The notes under the pieces were generated by a model. That model saw nothing but the letters and a program-made list of their open reading frames with translations. It searched no databases and had not been told where the DNA came from. This document shows, in pieces, positions 33,351 to 46,708 of a stretch of DNA of 64,000 nt; the first letter of the stretch is position 1, and the number at the start of each line of letters is the position of its first letter. The stretch is from Hemiscyllium ocellatum (lineage: Eukaryota), in the NCBI RefSeq assembly GCF_020745735.1, contig NC_083409.1:9165534-9229533 (forward strand). Direction: 5' to 3'. Position numbers and translations under genes: made by a program.

Positions 33351-33489
33351 AGGAACTAATCTTTTTTGAGATGAACGGGGAGACTTTTAGTTGTGCTTTT
33401 TCTAATCATCCTGCTCTGAAACAAACTTCTTGCTTTCACTCTCAACTAAAAATAAGATAAATGAGGTGATGATTTAATGATCCTATTGC

Positions 33490-33790
33490 TGAGCTCTTCA
33501 TCCAGAGATCCAGATTAATGTTCTGGGTGCCAGGGGTAGAATCCTATCACAGCAGATGGTGGAATGTGAATTCAATAATGAAATCTGCAATTAAGTGTAT
33601 AATGATGACCATGAAACAATTATTGATTGTCAGGAAAAAGCTATTTGATTCCCTGACGTCCTTTAGGGAAGGAAACTGCCATCCTTACCATGTGACTCCA
33701 GACCCACAGCAATGTGGTTGACTCTAAACTGCCCTCTGGGTGGTTAGGGATGGGCAATAAATGCTGTTCCTATCAATGACACTCACATCC
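33490..33790 (+). mobile_element. tRNA-headed SINE, same family as 16760-17075 and its paralogue
   Basis: ATCCAGAGATCC..GGGGTAGAATCC..GCAGATGGTGGAAT..GGGATGGGCAATAAATGC. Confidence 0.7.
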
Positions 33791-33929
33791 CAAGGAGCAA
33801 TTTGAACAATGCCTGTTCTTTTCTGGGGTTTGTTAGGTATTGGCTACAAATGTTCAAACGGATTGTTTTGCCAGTGAGTTAAAATCCCTTTGAATGTCAG
33901 GGATTAAAATTGTTTCTCTTGTCTTTCAG

Positions 33930-34257
33930 GCCGTGAGAACTCTCAGCCCAAGCTGACCCTGCTGCCGCCCTCCCTGGAGCAGGTCAATGCCAAGGGCACT
34001 GCAACCCTGGTGTGCCTTGCCAATCACTTCTATCCCGATGAGCTGGAGGTGCAGTGGAAGAAGGATGGTGCAGTCATTTCGGACGGGGTTCAGACCAGCA
34101 ACTACCTGCAGCTTCGGACAGCACCTACAGTGTCAGCAGCCTGCTGACCCTCTCTGGGTCTGACTGGGAGTCCAACGCTCGCTTTTCCTGTGCCCTCACC
34201 CACATGACCCTCCCCTCTCCCCACAGCAAGAGCATCAGGAGATCGGAATGTGCGTAG
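33930..34257 (+). pseudogene. Ig light-chain constant exon C2, frameshifted
   Basis: Intact acceptor ctttcAG|GC, RENSQPKLTLLPPSLEQVNAKGTATLVCLANHFYPD. 328 bp vs 329: 1-bp deletion at 34109/34110 (CTGC-AGCT vs CTGCGAGCT) gives TGA at ~34144, before the second Cys. Confidence 0.92.
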
Positions 34258-34782
34258 AGTGTGTGAGACAGTCCACAGAGGAGACAAACTTTAAATAGAA
34301 CAGGGCTGATCTGGCAGGACAAAGGTCATTGTCAGCACTGAATTTCAACTCTCTTCCTTCTCAGGACTGGCTCAGAGCCACATCTGAATTTCAGGGGTTA
34401 AGGCAGTTCATTGGGACAGTGCAGATTGAGCTTTACGCTGTGTCAAACCCCATGCTGTCCCTGTTCTGGGAGTGTTTGATGGGGATAGAATTGAATTGGC
34501 ATGCCAAGTAAAATCTCTTGAAGTTGCTGAAGACTGTCAGATGTACAAAACAATGTGAACCTCAGAAGTCTCTGCTTCAGTAAACCAGATCCCCTTCCTG
34601 CTCAGCCGTCAGTTCCAATTTAGGGTTTCATCACTGTTTGAAGGGACAGGATTCTCATGTTATTGAGAAAACCTCGACAAGTGTTTTCCTCAAGCTCCAA
34701 TGTGATTGTGAATTTGAGCAGCTTCCTCTGTCTGGGCTGTTAACTGCCGTCTGTTTTCTGTCAATGTCAATCTGGAAAAGGG

Positions 34783-34788
34783 AATAAA
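34783..34788 (+). terminator. Poly(A) signal of IgL C2
   Basis: AATAAA followed by a GT-rich element; homologous to C1 and C3. Confidence 0.7.
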
Positions 34789-35029
34789 GATGAAGAAGAT
34801 TCAGTCTCTGTGTCTGTGTGCTTTGGAGATTGACCATTCCATTTAGCTGATTGGCTGAATTTCAGCATGGCATTGTCACAATTGGCTAATTGGCCTGTCA
34901 ATCAATGGCACATCCATTGTAGAGGATACTGACAGCCAATCATCAATCACATTCAAATGAGCCCTTTGATCTGGAATCATTGGAGGTTACAAGATTCGAA
35001 ACAGATCTCCATTAATGACCACCTGGACC

Positions 35030-36392
35030 ATCTCTGACACCTCCCTCCCCTTCCTGGACCATCTCCATTAATGATGACCGACTTGACACTGACATTTTTT
35101 ACAAACCTCCCGACGCCAAGGATTCCACCTCTTCCCAACCTACATCTTGCAAAAATGCCATCCCGTAATCCCAATTCCTCCGCCTCCGCCATATTTGCTC
35201 CCAGTAGGACCTGTTCGTCCACAGAACACACTAGATGGCCTCCTTCTTTAGAGACACTAATTTCCCTCCCCACGTGGTCAAAGATGCGCTCCACCGCATC
35301 TCGTCCACATCCCACCCCTCTGCCCTCAAACCCCACGCCTCCAACCATAACGAGGACAGAACCCCGCTGGTGCTCACCTTTCACCCTTCCAACCTTCGCA
35401 TAAACCACATCATCTGACGACATTTCCGCCACCTCCAAACGGACTCCACTACCAGGGATATATTTCCCTCCCCACCCATTCCTGCTTTCCACAAAGACTG
35501 TTCCCTCCATGACTACCTGGTCAGGTCCACGTCCCCCAACATCCCACCTTGTCTTCCTGGCACCCTCCCCTGCCACCGCAGGAATTGCAAAACCTCCATC
35601 CACACCTCCTCCCTCACTTCCATCTAAGGCCACAAAAGAGCCTTCCATATCCATCAAATTTTTACCAGCACATCCACCAATATTTATTGTATCCGTTGCA
35701 CCCAATGTTGTCTCCTCTACATTGGGGAGACTGGACGCCTCCTTGCAGAGCGCTTCAGGGAGCATCTCCGGGACAACCACACCAGTTAACCCCACTGCCC
35801 TGTGGCACAACATTTCAACTCCTCCTCCCACTCTGCCAAGGGCATGCGGGTCCTAGGCCTCCTCCACCACCGCTCCTTCACCACCCGACGCCTGGAGAAA
35901 GAACGCCTCATCTTCCGCCTCGGAACACGTCACTCCCATGGCATCAATGTGGATTTCACTAGCTTCCTCATTTCCCCTTCCCCCACCTTGCCCCAGCTCC
36001 AACCTTCCAGCCTCAGCACCATCCTCATGACCTGTCCTACCTGCTTATCTTCATTTCCATCTACCCACTCCACGCTTCTCTCTGACCTATCACCTCTATC
36101 CCCACCTGCACTCACTTATTGTACTCTTTGCTACCTTTCCCCACCCTCCTCTCTGACCTATCACCTCCATCCCCACCCCCAATTCACCGATTGTACTCTA
36201 TGCTACTTTGTCCCCAACCCCCTCACGTTTATCTCTCCATTCTGCAGGCACCCTGCTTCTATTCTTGATGAAGGGCTTTTGCCCGAAACGTTGATTTTCC
36301 TGCTCCTCAGATATTACCTGACCTGCTGTGCTTTTCCAGCACCACTCTGATCTTGCCTCTGGTTTCCAGCATCTGCAGTCCTTGTTTTTACC
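35030..36392 (+). mobile_element. Penelope-like element (Neptune-type): RT C-terminus, Cys linker, GIY-YIG, pLTR; decayed
   Basis: SLPFLD, DIFYKP, KNAIP..SQFLRLRHICS, PCHRRNCKT, YCIRC..LYIGETGRLLAERFREHL, ERLIFRLGT. pLTR TTGATGAAGGGCTTTTGCCCGAAACG..CCAGCATCTGCAG. Confidence 0.9.
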
Positions 36393-36800
36393 TAGAAACA
36401 GAAAGCTGTTAGGACTCAATAATTACAATCTAAGGCACTCCCTCTTTACTCTGTCGTCCAGGCTCAGGTGCTGGGATTGCACTCTACACCCTTTGCTGCA
36501 TGCTGTGTTGTACATGAAGTGATCTTCGGCCAATTACTGACAATGCAGGCTGCATGTCCCTCTGAGTGCGAGTATACTACATAGTGCTGCCTGTAGTTGT
36601 CACTCTGAGTGTGGATGTGTTATTCAGAGAGTCATCTACAGTGAGCCTGCAGTGTGAGCATGTTACTCAATGCTGATTGACTCTCTGAGTACGTGTGTTA
36701 CTCAGTGTTGCCTGTTGGTGTTTGTGTGTGTGTGTGTTATTCTGCACTGGCTGTCGGCAGTGCAATGATTTGGAGATGCCGATTTTTGACTGGGGTGTAC

Positions 36801-36968
36801 AAAGTTAAAAATCACACAACACCAGGTTATAGTCCAACAGGTTTAATTGGAAGCACGCTAGCTTTCGGAGCGCCGCTCCTTCATCAAGGGAGTGTCCTCC
36901 ACAACCACCTGATGATGGAGTGGCGCTCCGAAAGCTAGTGTGCTTCCAATTAAACCTGTTGGACTATA
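36801..36968. mobile_element. Foldback made of two inverted Penelope pLTR pieces (59-bp arms, 23-bp spacer)
   Basis: 36828-36886 vs reverse complement of 36910-36968: 3 mismatches in 59 bp. Single arms also occur at 37146-37233 (same strand as the left arm) and 51228-51310 (same strand as the right arm). Confidence 0.85.
36906..36940 (+). ncRNA. Minimal type I hammerhead ribozyme motif (short stem III)
   Basis: CAC-CUGAUGA-U-GGAGU/GGC/GCUCC-GAAA-GCUA^GUG: helix I CAC:GUG, helix II GGAG:CUCC, palindromic AGCU stem III, NUH = CUA. Activity untested. Confidence 0.7.
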
Positions 36969-37762
36969 TCTCAATGAGTGGGAGTGTGTTACTCTGTGCT
37001 GCCTGTCGGTGTCTCTGAGGTATTTGACTCTGAGTGATGGGGACAGAATGGGCTTTATGATGGGGATTGAAGATTAGGCTTTAATGTTGTTAAATTTTTG
37101 CATGAAAAACAATTCAGTCTGAGATGGCAGCTCATTGAGGTGGCCAAAGTTAAAAATCACACAACACCAGGTTATAGTCCAACAGGTTTCTTTGGAAGTA
37201 CAAGCTTTCGGAGCACTGCTCTTTCATCAGGCAGCAAGTGGGGCAGGATCATAGATCACAAAATTTTCAGTGAAATTGAGATAGCAGCCGAGAAAGGTGA
37301 ACACTGAGAATGCATTCTCAGTAAGGGAGGGATTTCAGAGGCAGTGCACACTGTGCTCCCTAATGTGCTCCCCAATTACAGGGGATTTTCTGGAGCTGGG
37401 ATCCCAAAAGCAGCAACATGTTGGATTAAAGGGGCATCAAGAGTAAGCATGGGGAGTTTGAGGGTGACAGAAGGAGGGGGTTGGTTGGCAGGTTGTTATT
37501 CAGAGTCAGATATCAGAGTATTAGTCCTTCTGACACTCCCCTTTTTATCTGTCAGCCGGGGCTCCCTGATTGGGCAGGGTTAACAGCCCATCAAGGAACT
37601 CATATTTTATTTGGAAAAAAAAACATTTATCGAACAACGAGCACAAGATCTAAACGAGACAAGATAAAATTATTGGTTTCATTACCAACATCACAACTGA
37701 GATTTGGGAAATAAGATTTTCATTCTGGGTGATGGGAATCTGGAATGGACTGTCACAGACTC

Positions 37763-38056
37763 CACAGTGTGGAAACAGGCCATTTGGCCCAACAAACCAA
37801 CACCAACCCTCTGAAGACAGACTCCCTGAGACACATTCTCCTACCCTTTTAATCAACATTTCCCGTGACTGACAGATTCTTGGTCATTGTGGCACTTTTA
37901 GAATGGCCAATTCATCTAACCTGCACATCTTTGGATTGTGGGAGGAAACCACAGGGAGTTGTGCAAACTCCACAAAGACATTCACCTCGGACTGGAATTG
38001 AACCCAGGTCCCTGGTGCTGTAAGGCGCAGTGCTAACCACTGAGCCACCATACTGC
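37763..38056 (-). mobile_element. HE1/V-SINE
   Basis: tRNA head GTGGCTCAGTGGTTAGCACTG..GGTTCAATTCC plus V-domain on the - strand. Confidence 0.85.
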
Positions 38057-38694
38057 ACATTAAAGAACAGGAGCTTTTGTTAAACTCCTTTTGTGAGCCT
38101 GACGTGAAATGTATTATAAACACAAAACCCTCTGTCAGGGAAGGTAGTGGAGGCTGGAAAACATACAACATTCAAATATCATAACATGCAAGGATTTGGG
38201 ATAAGTGTAGGAAATTGGGATTGGAGTGCCTTTAACAGTACTTATGTCAGTGCAGACTCAATGGACCAAAGGGCCTTTTCTGTGCTGTATCAATCTACGC
38301 TCCATGCTGAGAGGGCAGTATAGGTTAATGGTGACTAGGTTAGACAGTTCCAAGATGGCAAATCAATGATCAAGGATCAGAGGAAATGGCTCAAGCTTCA
38401 GTGAAGGCCCAAGTAAGTGCGTTGGAGGAGGGCCAAGGCTAATGGAGACAAGGTCAATGGAGACTGAGTGAGCGCACAGGCCGCTGCCTGGCATCTCCAA
38501 GGGTTGTAGTGAGGCATGTGGGGACAAGAGCGGAGTATGCAAGGAGGAAGTGCAGTTCCAGTTGAAATGCGACCTTTGCCGGCAACAGCATGACCTTCAG
38601 CACCATGAGGTGTCTCTGACTGTGTCAGGCTCACTGGCTGCTCTTTGTGTGATTCCACACAGCCACCCATGTGGTCACCTCGCAAGATCTTGCT

Positions 38695-38915
38695 CTTGTC
38701 TACACTATTGTCTACACCACCATCTGCAACTACCGTCTGGACCTTCTGTCTACAACACCATCTGCTCCCACCGACTGCACCCTCGGTCTGCACCACCGAG
38801 TGTACCCACTGTCTGCACCCAGCATCCACAGCTACTGTCTAGTCCCTCTGTTTGCACCCACCATCTACACCCACTGTCTACACCGCTGTCTGCACCCTCC
38901 ATCTACACCTCCCAT
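38695..38915. repeat. Degenerate minisatellite built on GTCTACACC(ACCATCT)
   Basis: About 10 imperfect iterations of TCTACAC/TCTGCAC. Confidence 0.65.
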
Positions 38916-39479
38916 CTTTCTGCTGCTGTAAGATAGTATCCAATGATTCCATTGAGATTGCTGCACCCGAAGCCTTACTTTTAGAACCGGCAATGATTGT
39001 CTTCTAACTTTGACCTGCAACGTCTGCGTTCCATGTAATGGAAAATTAACAAAATTAACATTTACTCTGAAATCCATTTACTCTGAAACCTGAAAGACAG
39101 TGCTTGACTAAAATTAAAACTTTCTGAAACTTTGCTGAAGTATGCAGTCGAGGGACAGCTTCTCCCTGAGGAACTTTGTAAACACTCAACAAGAGAAAAA
39201 TATAAGAACAGTCTGTCCACAACAAGGGAATGAAAAGAATAACAACTCAAATCTTCACAGTCTTTGTCCTTGAGAGTGTGATAAGAAACAGGATAAGGCA
39301 AATATCTGAATTATGCTGAGGAACCTTGCACAAGACATTTTTGTCAAGTACATGTGGTCCCCCTGCAATGCAGAGGTTAAAAAAAATTAATAAAACTCTT
39401 TTTGGTTGGTCTTGCTAATAGTTGAGTCGAGTCAATTTAATTTCCACAACATTCCACAATGGGCTGAGTAATATTAATG

Positions 39480-39962
39480 ACTGAATGCTATTTGATTTCT
39501 GTGATGGCAGGACTGATGTATAAGGAGAGGTTGAGTTGGTGAGGATTGTGTTCACTGGAGTTTAAAACAGTTAAGGAAGGGAACCTTGGAGAAAGCTGTA
39601 AAATTGGAACAGGATGAGACAAGTCAAATGGAGTAAGGATGTTCCCAATGGTGGGGGAGTCCAGAACCAGGGTCATAGTTTAAGGTTAAGGGGTAAACTC
39701 TATAGGACAGAGATGAGGAAAATGTCTTCACCCAGAGAGTGGTGAGCCTGTGGAATTCTCTGTCACAGAAAGTGGTTGAGGCCAAAACATTATGTTTTCA
39801 AGAAGGAGGTAGAGATAGCTCTTGTGGCGAAGGAACCAAGGCATATGGGGTAGGGAGGGATTACAGTAATGTGCTCCATGATCAGCCACAATCATATTGA
39901 GTGGCAGAGCAGGCTGGAGGGGCCGATGGCCTACTCCTGCTCCTATCCTCTATGTTTCTACA
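39480..39962 (+). mobile_element. CR1 3' end
   Basis: GESRTRGHSLRLRGK..WNSLSQKVVEA; CTATGTTTCTA tail. Confidence 0.8.
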
Positions 39963-41946
39963 TTGCATAAAATAGATTGCCAGGTGGAGGGCACTCTGTC
40001 TGATGGGTAAGTATCCATTCACAGATTCCCCTCACACCACTCCCCTTCCATTTTAATTGGGTCCACTCCCTCTCTTCCTATGTCTTTGTTATCTGACCAG
40101 TGACCACACCTTCCCTTCACCACCCCAGCAGGGAGCTGTGCTTATAACCCATCGTTTGTTTTAATTTGCTAACTGGGTGATGTGGCGGTGGGGCTTTCAA
40201 AAACAGGAAGTGCTGAATTCTTATCATCCCTTGAGCTGATTTTGTTGTGTGCCTCCCTCAATATGGGCGACACAGCACTGCTGCCTCACAGAGCCAGGGA
40301 GCCAGGTTCGAGAGTCACACAGCCCAGAAATAGGCCCTTCAGCCCACCAAGTCTATGCCAACCACCACACACTAAACTACACTAATCCCATTAACCCGCA
40401 GTTGTCTGGAGCCGACTGTCTCCTGGAAATAAAAGTGCTCATCCAAATGTATTTTAAAGGTTGTGAGATTTTCAGCCTGCACCACCCTCTCAGGCAGCAT
40501 GTTCCACATAGCTACCACACACTGGGTCAAAAAATACTTTTACCTTAATCTTATGACCCCTGGTCTTAAACAGGCCTGGGTGAGGAGCGGAGGCTGCAGA
40601 ACAGTGTGAGAGGTCAGGAGTGGAGAGAGGGAGAACAGTGTGAGGGTGAGGAATGGAGGCTGGAGCAGGAAGATGCTTGTGTTCTGGAAAGCAGCACAAA
40701 TAGGGAAGAGATCCAAGAGCTGGTAGGAATAGTCTCCATGCTTCCTAACAGTAGCTTTATGGCGGGAAAGAGAATAAATCAGGAGATAATGAGGGCCTGT
40801 AACAAAGGCTGCTCATTCATTACAAATGACTTTAATACTCGTCGATTATTATAGTCAGATTTTTCTTTTTCATTCATTGACTGGATGAGGGTGTCACTGA
40901 CTAGGACAGCATTTATTACCCACCACTAATTGCCCCAGAGGGCAGTTAGTGTCATCCACATTGCTGTGGGATTGGATTCCCATGTAGGCCAGACCAGGGA
41001 AGGATGGCAGTTCCTTCCCTAAAGGACGTTAGTGAACCAGATGGGTTTTCCTGACAATCAACATGGATTCATGGTCATTGTTAGACTCTTAATTGCAGAC
41101 TTTTTAATTGAATTTAAATTCCCCCATCTGCCACGGTGGGATTTGAGCCTGTGTCCCCAGAAACATGTCTGGGTCTCTGTGCATTAATCACAGAAGGTTA
41201 GTGCGTAGGTACAGCAAGTCATCAGGAAAGCTCATAGAACATTATGGTGTATTGTGAGGGGAAACTAAATGCAAGGCTTCATTGAAACAAGCAAGATCCT
41301 GAGGGACCTTGACCGGGTGGATGTGGAAAGGATGTTTCCTCTTGTGGGAGAATCCAGAACTAGGGATCACAGTTTAAAATTAAGGGAGAGTCCAATCAAA
41401 ACAGAGATTCAGAAACATGCTTTTCCTCTCAGAGTTGTCAGTCTTTGGAATTCCCTTCCTTAAAAGGCAGTGGATGCAGAATTGAGAACCCATCCAGTGT
41501 GGAAACAGGCCCTTCAGCCCAACAAGTCCACACAAACCCTCCGAAGAGTAACTAATCCAGACCCATTTCCCGACCCTATATTTACCCTAGGAAGAGGTAG
41601 ATAGATTATTGATGACTGAAGGGATGGAACATTATCAGAGAATGTAGAGTTGAGGTTAAAACCAGATCAACCACAATCTTATTGAATAGGGGAGCAGGTT
41701 CAAAGGGCCGAGTGGCCTACTTTTGTTCCTTGCCCATATGTTGCCTCACACACCTTCACACAAGCAAAGACTGCCACTCGTATTTTCTACCTGCAGATTA
41801 AGCTGCTTGTGCAATAGGCCTCATCTGCACAGTGTTTGCTCCAGCCTTTCACTGTGAGGTTAAAGATAATGGTCCCATAATCAATCCATGAATTCTGTGA
41901 GTTGGTTTATTTAAAACAATAAAATAAATTACAGCAAGCAATAATA

Positions 41947-42272
41947 GGCAGCGCGATGGCTCAGTAGTTAGCACTGCTGCCTCACCGTGCCATGGAACCG
42001 CCTCAGGTGGGTTTGTGTGGAGTCTGCACATTCTCCCTGTGTCTGCGTGGACTTTGCCTGGGTGCTCTGGTTACCTCCTTCAGTCTAAAGATCTGCAGAG
42101 TCGATAAATTGGCATGCTAAATTGCCCAGAGTGTACAGCAATGTGCAGGCTTGGTGGAGTAGCCATTGGAACATACAGAGATAGGATAGGGGTCGAGATA
42201 GAATGATCTTCGGAGGGGCGGTATGGAGTCAATGGGCTGAATGGCCGACTTCCACACTATAGGGATTCTGTG
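41947..42272 (+). mobile_element. HE1/V-SINE
   Basis: GATGGCTCAGTAGTTAGCACTGCTGCCTCAC head, V-domain, TCCACACTATAGGGATTC tail. Confidence 0.8.
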
Positions 42273-42779
42273 TTACAAATGCAAGTTGCTTCTTTCCATT
42301 TTGGCCCTGAAGCATGCATGTGGTTCTGTCTCATATCCACTCAAGAGATGGCAACCCTTTGAAGACAGGAGCAGCCTCTATTTTTTTTGGAAAGTACTTC
42401 TTCCACTCTGTGTCCTTCACAGCCTTGTAGACAGCAACAATGAGATCGGGAATTAACCCAAAGCTATAATCTTCTGGACTCTTCATTAAACTGTGGAACC
42501 TGAAAAGTATAATTAATGTCCAAGTCAATGAAGATATTTCTCAGCAATCCCTAAATGCTGAGGTTTAGTACTCAGCAGGCCCCAGGAGTCAAAATAACTG
42601 AGTACATCATTGCTCTGAATTGCTCATAAATTTCCCCTTCACATTTCTGGAGGCTTTGATCAGAAAGATTGCTTACTCCTCTCCAATATACAGCTTAAAA
42701 TCAGCTCCAACTCCCAACCATCCAGCTGAGAGCAGAGCCCTGCACAAACTGGAACCTGGTCAGTGGGAGCACTGTCATT

Positions 42780-43330
42780 GCTGTCTCAGAAGCTTTGGGG
42801 AGTCTATTTTGATCATAGAGTCCTTCAGCACTGGAGGCTGTTCAGAGGATGTTCCCCAGACTGATCCCAGGGATGAAAGGGCTGTCCCATGAGGTGCAGT
42901 TAAAGAGCTTGGGCTTGGACTCACTGGAGTTCAAAAGAATGAGGAGGGATCTGGTAGAGGGATAGAAAATGTGAAAGAGGATTGATAAGGAGGACGTTGA
43001 ATAGATGCTTCCCCTTGTGGGACAGTCTGGAACAAGAGGGGATCGATATCAAGTGAGAGGAGGTCAGTTCAAAAGTGAGATGAGGAGAAACTACTTCTCC
43101 CAGAGGGTTGTGAATCTGTGAAACTCAATGCCCCAGAGTGCAGTGGAGGCAGAATCAATCAACAGGCTCAAGAACGATGTGTTCGTGATGAAAAGTGAGA
43201 TAAAGAGCGATGGGGAGCAGGCAGGAGAGTGGAGTTGAGACCAGGATAAGATCAGCCACAGTCATGTTAAATGGCGGAGTGGAGTCGAAGGGCTGAATTG
43301 CCTCCTCCCGCTCCTAATTCCTATGTTGAG
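42780..43330 (+). mobile_element. CR1 3' end
   Basis: GLDSLEFKRMRRDL, RNYFSQRVVNL, CR1 3'UTR stem. Confidence 0.75.
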
Positions 43331-44909
43331 CACACAGTCAAGACTGACACTGCAAACTGGGGGAGCTGTTGTCTTTCAGTGAGATACAAAACAGAGGTCC
43401 TGCCACAATCTATCGAACTGTACTATCTCCCCCAGTGACAAATGCTGGAATTTGAATTCAAATCACAAAGCAAGCCTCATTAATGGTGACCACGATAATG
43501 ATCCCTGAATGCTGTCCAGCCTCAGCCTTCCCCAGTCTGGACCTCATGTGACTCCAGCCCCACAGCAATCTGGTTAACTCTAAGGTGCCTTCTGAGAGGC
43601 CACAGCAAGGCCAGCAGTTCAAGGGCAATCAGTCTTGGGTAACAAATGCTGATCGATGCCAGTGACACCCACCTCCCAGAAAACAGAATGCAACAGAGAT
43701 TTGTGTCAGCCACAATTGTCAGATCAGACTCCCAATGAGATGGGGAGATGGTTAACAATGTATTCAGCTCAGTATGGAACAGGTCCCCACTTGTTAACAC
43801 ATCGTCGCTGATAAAATAAGTGAGAGAAAACAGAAAACGAAAGGTGAGAGCACTCAAATGTGGAATATCAGTGAGAATTCAGGCAACTGAAGGAAGATAT
43901 GAAGAACTGCAAAGGAAGACAAAAAGGAAGCAAGAGTTACAGAAAAGTGATTGAGAAAGAGACCTGCAAGGTGTCACAACAATAACACAAATGCTTTACA
44001 TGATAATTAGAAAACCAAGGAGGCTCCAGTGCAATGTGAGCCCTTTAAAAACAAACTGGGAATTCCATGAATGAGACAAAGGGAATGGCTGATATGTACA
44101 ATAATTAGTTATGTCAGTCTTCACAGTCAAGGAACAGGATAATGCAGCTTCCTTGCCAGGGAGGTCCTGCCACAATTGAAGACTGGAATTTGCAAAACTT
44201 GATACATGCCAGAAAACAGCATTGGAAAGCGAGCAGCTCTAAAGGCTGACAGATCTTCACGACCTCAGGGGTTTAAAGGGAGGGGGAGGGGGGAGAAGTT
44301 TCAGAGGCTTTTCCCATTAGGTTCCAAAGCAGCAACCATTCCTTTAATTTGGAAAATGTCTTTCTGTAACTCCACGGGTTCAAGAAAGATGAGAGCGGGA
44401 ACCAAGGAAATTATATCCTGGTCAATCTAACATCTCTTTTGAGGGTTTCATTGGAACCTATAATTAACAGCCGAGAGAATGAACATGTAGAGAATTGGAA
44501 ATAGCCCACATAGATTTGTGATGGGTAAGTTCTGACTAATGAACCAAATGCATAAACTAAATAGTCGATAGGCCAGCAAGTTCAGAAGTACTCGATAATT
44601 TCCCGCAAAACAGTCTGCTGATCAAAATTAAAACCCATGGGATTGAAGATGAATGTTTGACTTGGTTTGGAGGCTGTTTTAGTGACAGACAACAGAGAAA
44701 GAAAGTGACATGTGGTGTTCCACAAGGATTCTGTGGTGAGGCCTTAACTACTTACTGTATGTAATAATGAGAATCACAGTTCCACATTGACACAAAGACT
44801 GATGGAATAGTAAGCAGTGCAGATGGTCTTTTTGTTTAAAACTCACTCTGAGGACATGGGTGTTGCTATCTGGGCCAGCGTTTATTACACATTCTGTGTG
44901 GTCCTTGTG

Positions 44910-45244
44910 AATCATGGAATCATCATACAGTGTAGAAGTTGGTCATTCAGCGCATCAAATCTACACCAACCCACCAAACAGCATCCCATCTGGACTGACT
45001 CCATTCCTGTACTGCAGCATTTCCTATGGCCAACCCACCCAGCCAACACACCCCTCGACACTATGTGCAATTTGGCATGGCTAATCCACCTAACCAACAT
45101 ATCTATGGACTGTGTGGAAGAAACCCTCACAGGCATGGTGAAAATGTGCAACCTCCACACAGACAGTCATCCCAGGGTGAAATTGAACCCAAGTCCCTGG
45201 TGCTGTGAGGTAGCAGCACTGACCACTGAGCTACAATCCTGCCC
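44910..45244 (-). mobile_element. HE1/V-SINE
   Basis: tRNA head and V-domain on the - strand; (GATTC)-type tail. Confidence 0.8.
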
Positions 45245-45739
45245 TTTGCAAGGTGGTGGTGAGCTGCCTTCTTGAACCACTGCAGACCATGTGCTGTAGA
45301 TAAACCCACAATGCTCTTCGTGAAGGAATTTCAGGATTTTAATCCAGCGACACTGGAGGAACAGTAATACATTTTCAAATCAAGATTCTATGTGGATTGG
45401 AGGGGAACTTGTTTTTGGTCGTGTTTTGGGTCCTTCTACATGGAAATGATGTGAGTTTGGAAAGTGCTGTCTCAAGAGACTTGGTGTGAATTCCTGCAGT
45501 GCATCTTGTAGATGGTGCACACTGCTGTTACTGAGCATCAGTGGTGGAGGGAGTTTATGTTTATTGATGTGGTGCCAATCAAGCAGGCTGCTTTGTACTG
45601 GAAGGTATCAAGCTTCTTGATCATTTTTGGAGCAGCACCCATCCAGGCAAGTGGGGAGTAACCCATCACAGTCCTATCCAGAACTTGACTGATCTTTTCT
45701 TAATTCATTTACTGGATTGGGCGTCACTTGCTATGTCAG

Positions 45740-46673
45740 CATTTATTGCCCAGAATCAAGTGGGGTGGCACAGCTTTCATAGTACAGGAACTATGAAAGC
45801 AACCACCCCAACACACACAAACGAAGTTGCATCAGGACATTATTCAAAAGGGCCACAACACACTGCAGCACACCAGAACTACAAAAAGAGGAAGAAGAAC
45901 ACCCATACAAGGTATTCACCAAAAACGGATACCTGCGCAATTTCATCAACAGATGCCTAAGGGAAAGACAACGAAATGAGGACATGCCACAACCCAAAGG
46001 ACTGGCTACACTCCCATGCATCAGGAGCATGTCTGAACTGACAGCCAGACTGCTGCGACCACTAGGACTCAAAAGAGCACACAAACCAACAGCCACTCTC
46101 AGACAACAACTCACCAGGACAAAGGACCCGATACCCAGCATGAGCAAAACCAACGTAGTGTACAAAATCCCATGCAAGGACTGCACAAAACACTACATAG
46201 GACAAACAAGAAGACAGCTAACAACCCGCATTCATGAACACCAACTAGCCACGAAACGACACGACCAGCTATCCCTAGTAGCCATACACTCAGATGACAA
46301 ACAACATGAATTTGATTGGGACAACACCACTATTATAGGGCAGGCCAAACAGAGAACAGCCAGGGAATTCCTAGAGGCATGGCACTCATCCACAAATTCT
46401 ATCAACAGACACATCGACCTCAACCCTATATACCGGCCACTGCAGCGAACAGCAACTGACAACCAGAAGCGGCAGATTCAAACCAGTATAAATGCCGGAG
46501 GAATCAGCACAGAAGTGCTTCACAGGAGGCTCCCAAGCACTGAAGATGTCGCCTAGAAAGGGGATGAAACGTTTGCAACAAAAACTCCCAGCTCGGCGAA
46601 CAGAACCACAACAACGAGCACCCGAGCTACAAATCTTCTCACAAACTTTGAACTAGATTCTTAATCACAAGAG
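45740..46673 (+). mobile_element. Penelope-like element (Poseidon/Penelope-type), 5'-truncated; GIY-YIG portion open
   Basis: ORF 45984-46556: VVYKIPCKDCTKHYIGQTRRQLTTRIHEH...REFLEAWHS...IDLNPIY. Hammerhead-like 46537-46576 (GCA-CUGAAGA..GAAACGUU-UGC). Confidence 0.9.
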
Positions 46674-46708
46674 CCAAGTAATGTTCTGGGGGATCTGGGA
46701 TCACCGTG

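Larger units (their letters stand above)
32480..34836 (-). other. Inverted partial duplicate of the IgL C block (intron end, C exon, 3'UTR)
   Basis: Reverse complement aligns to 14230-15310, 16790-17130 and 18140-18950. Similarity to C3 ends ~48 nt after AATAAA. Confidence 0.85.

Noticed and set aside
32480-34836. C2 as a retrocopy of an unspliced IgL transcript
   Set aside because: It retains the GU-rich element beyond the cleavage site and has no poly(A) tail or TSD; DNA-level duplication fits better.
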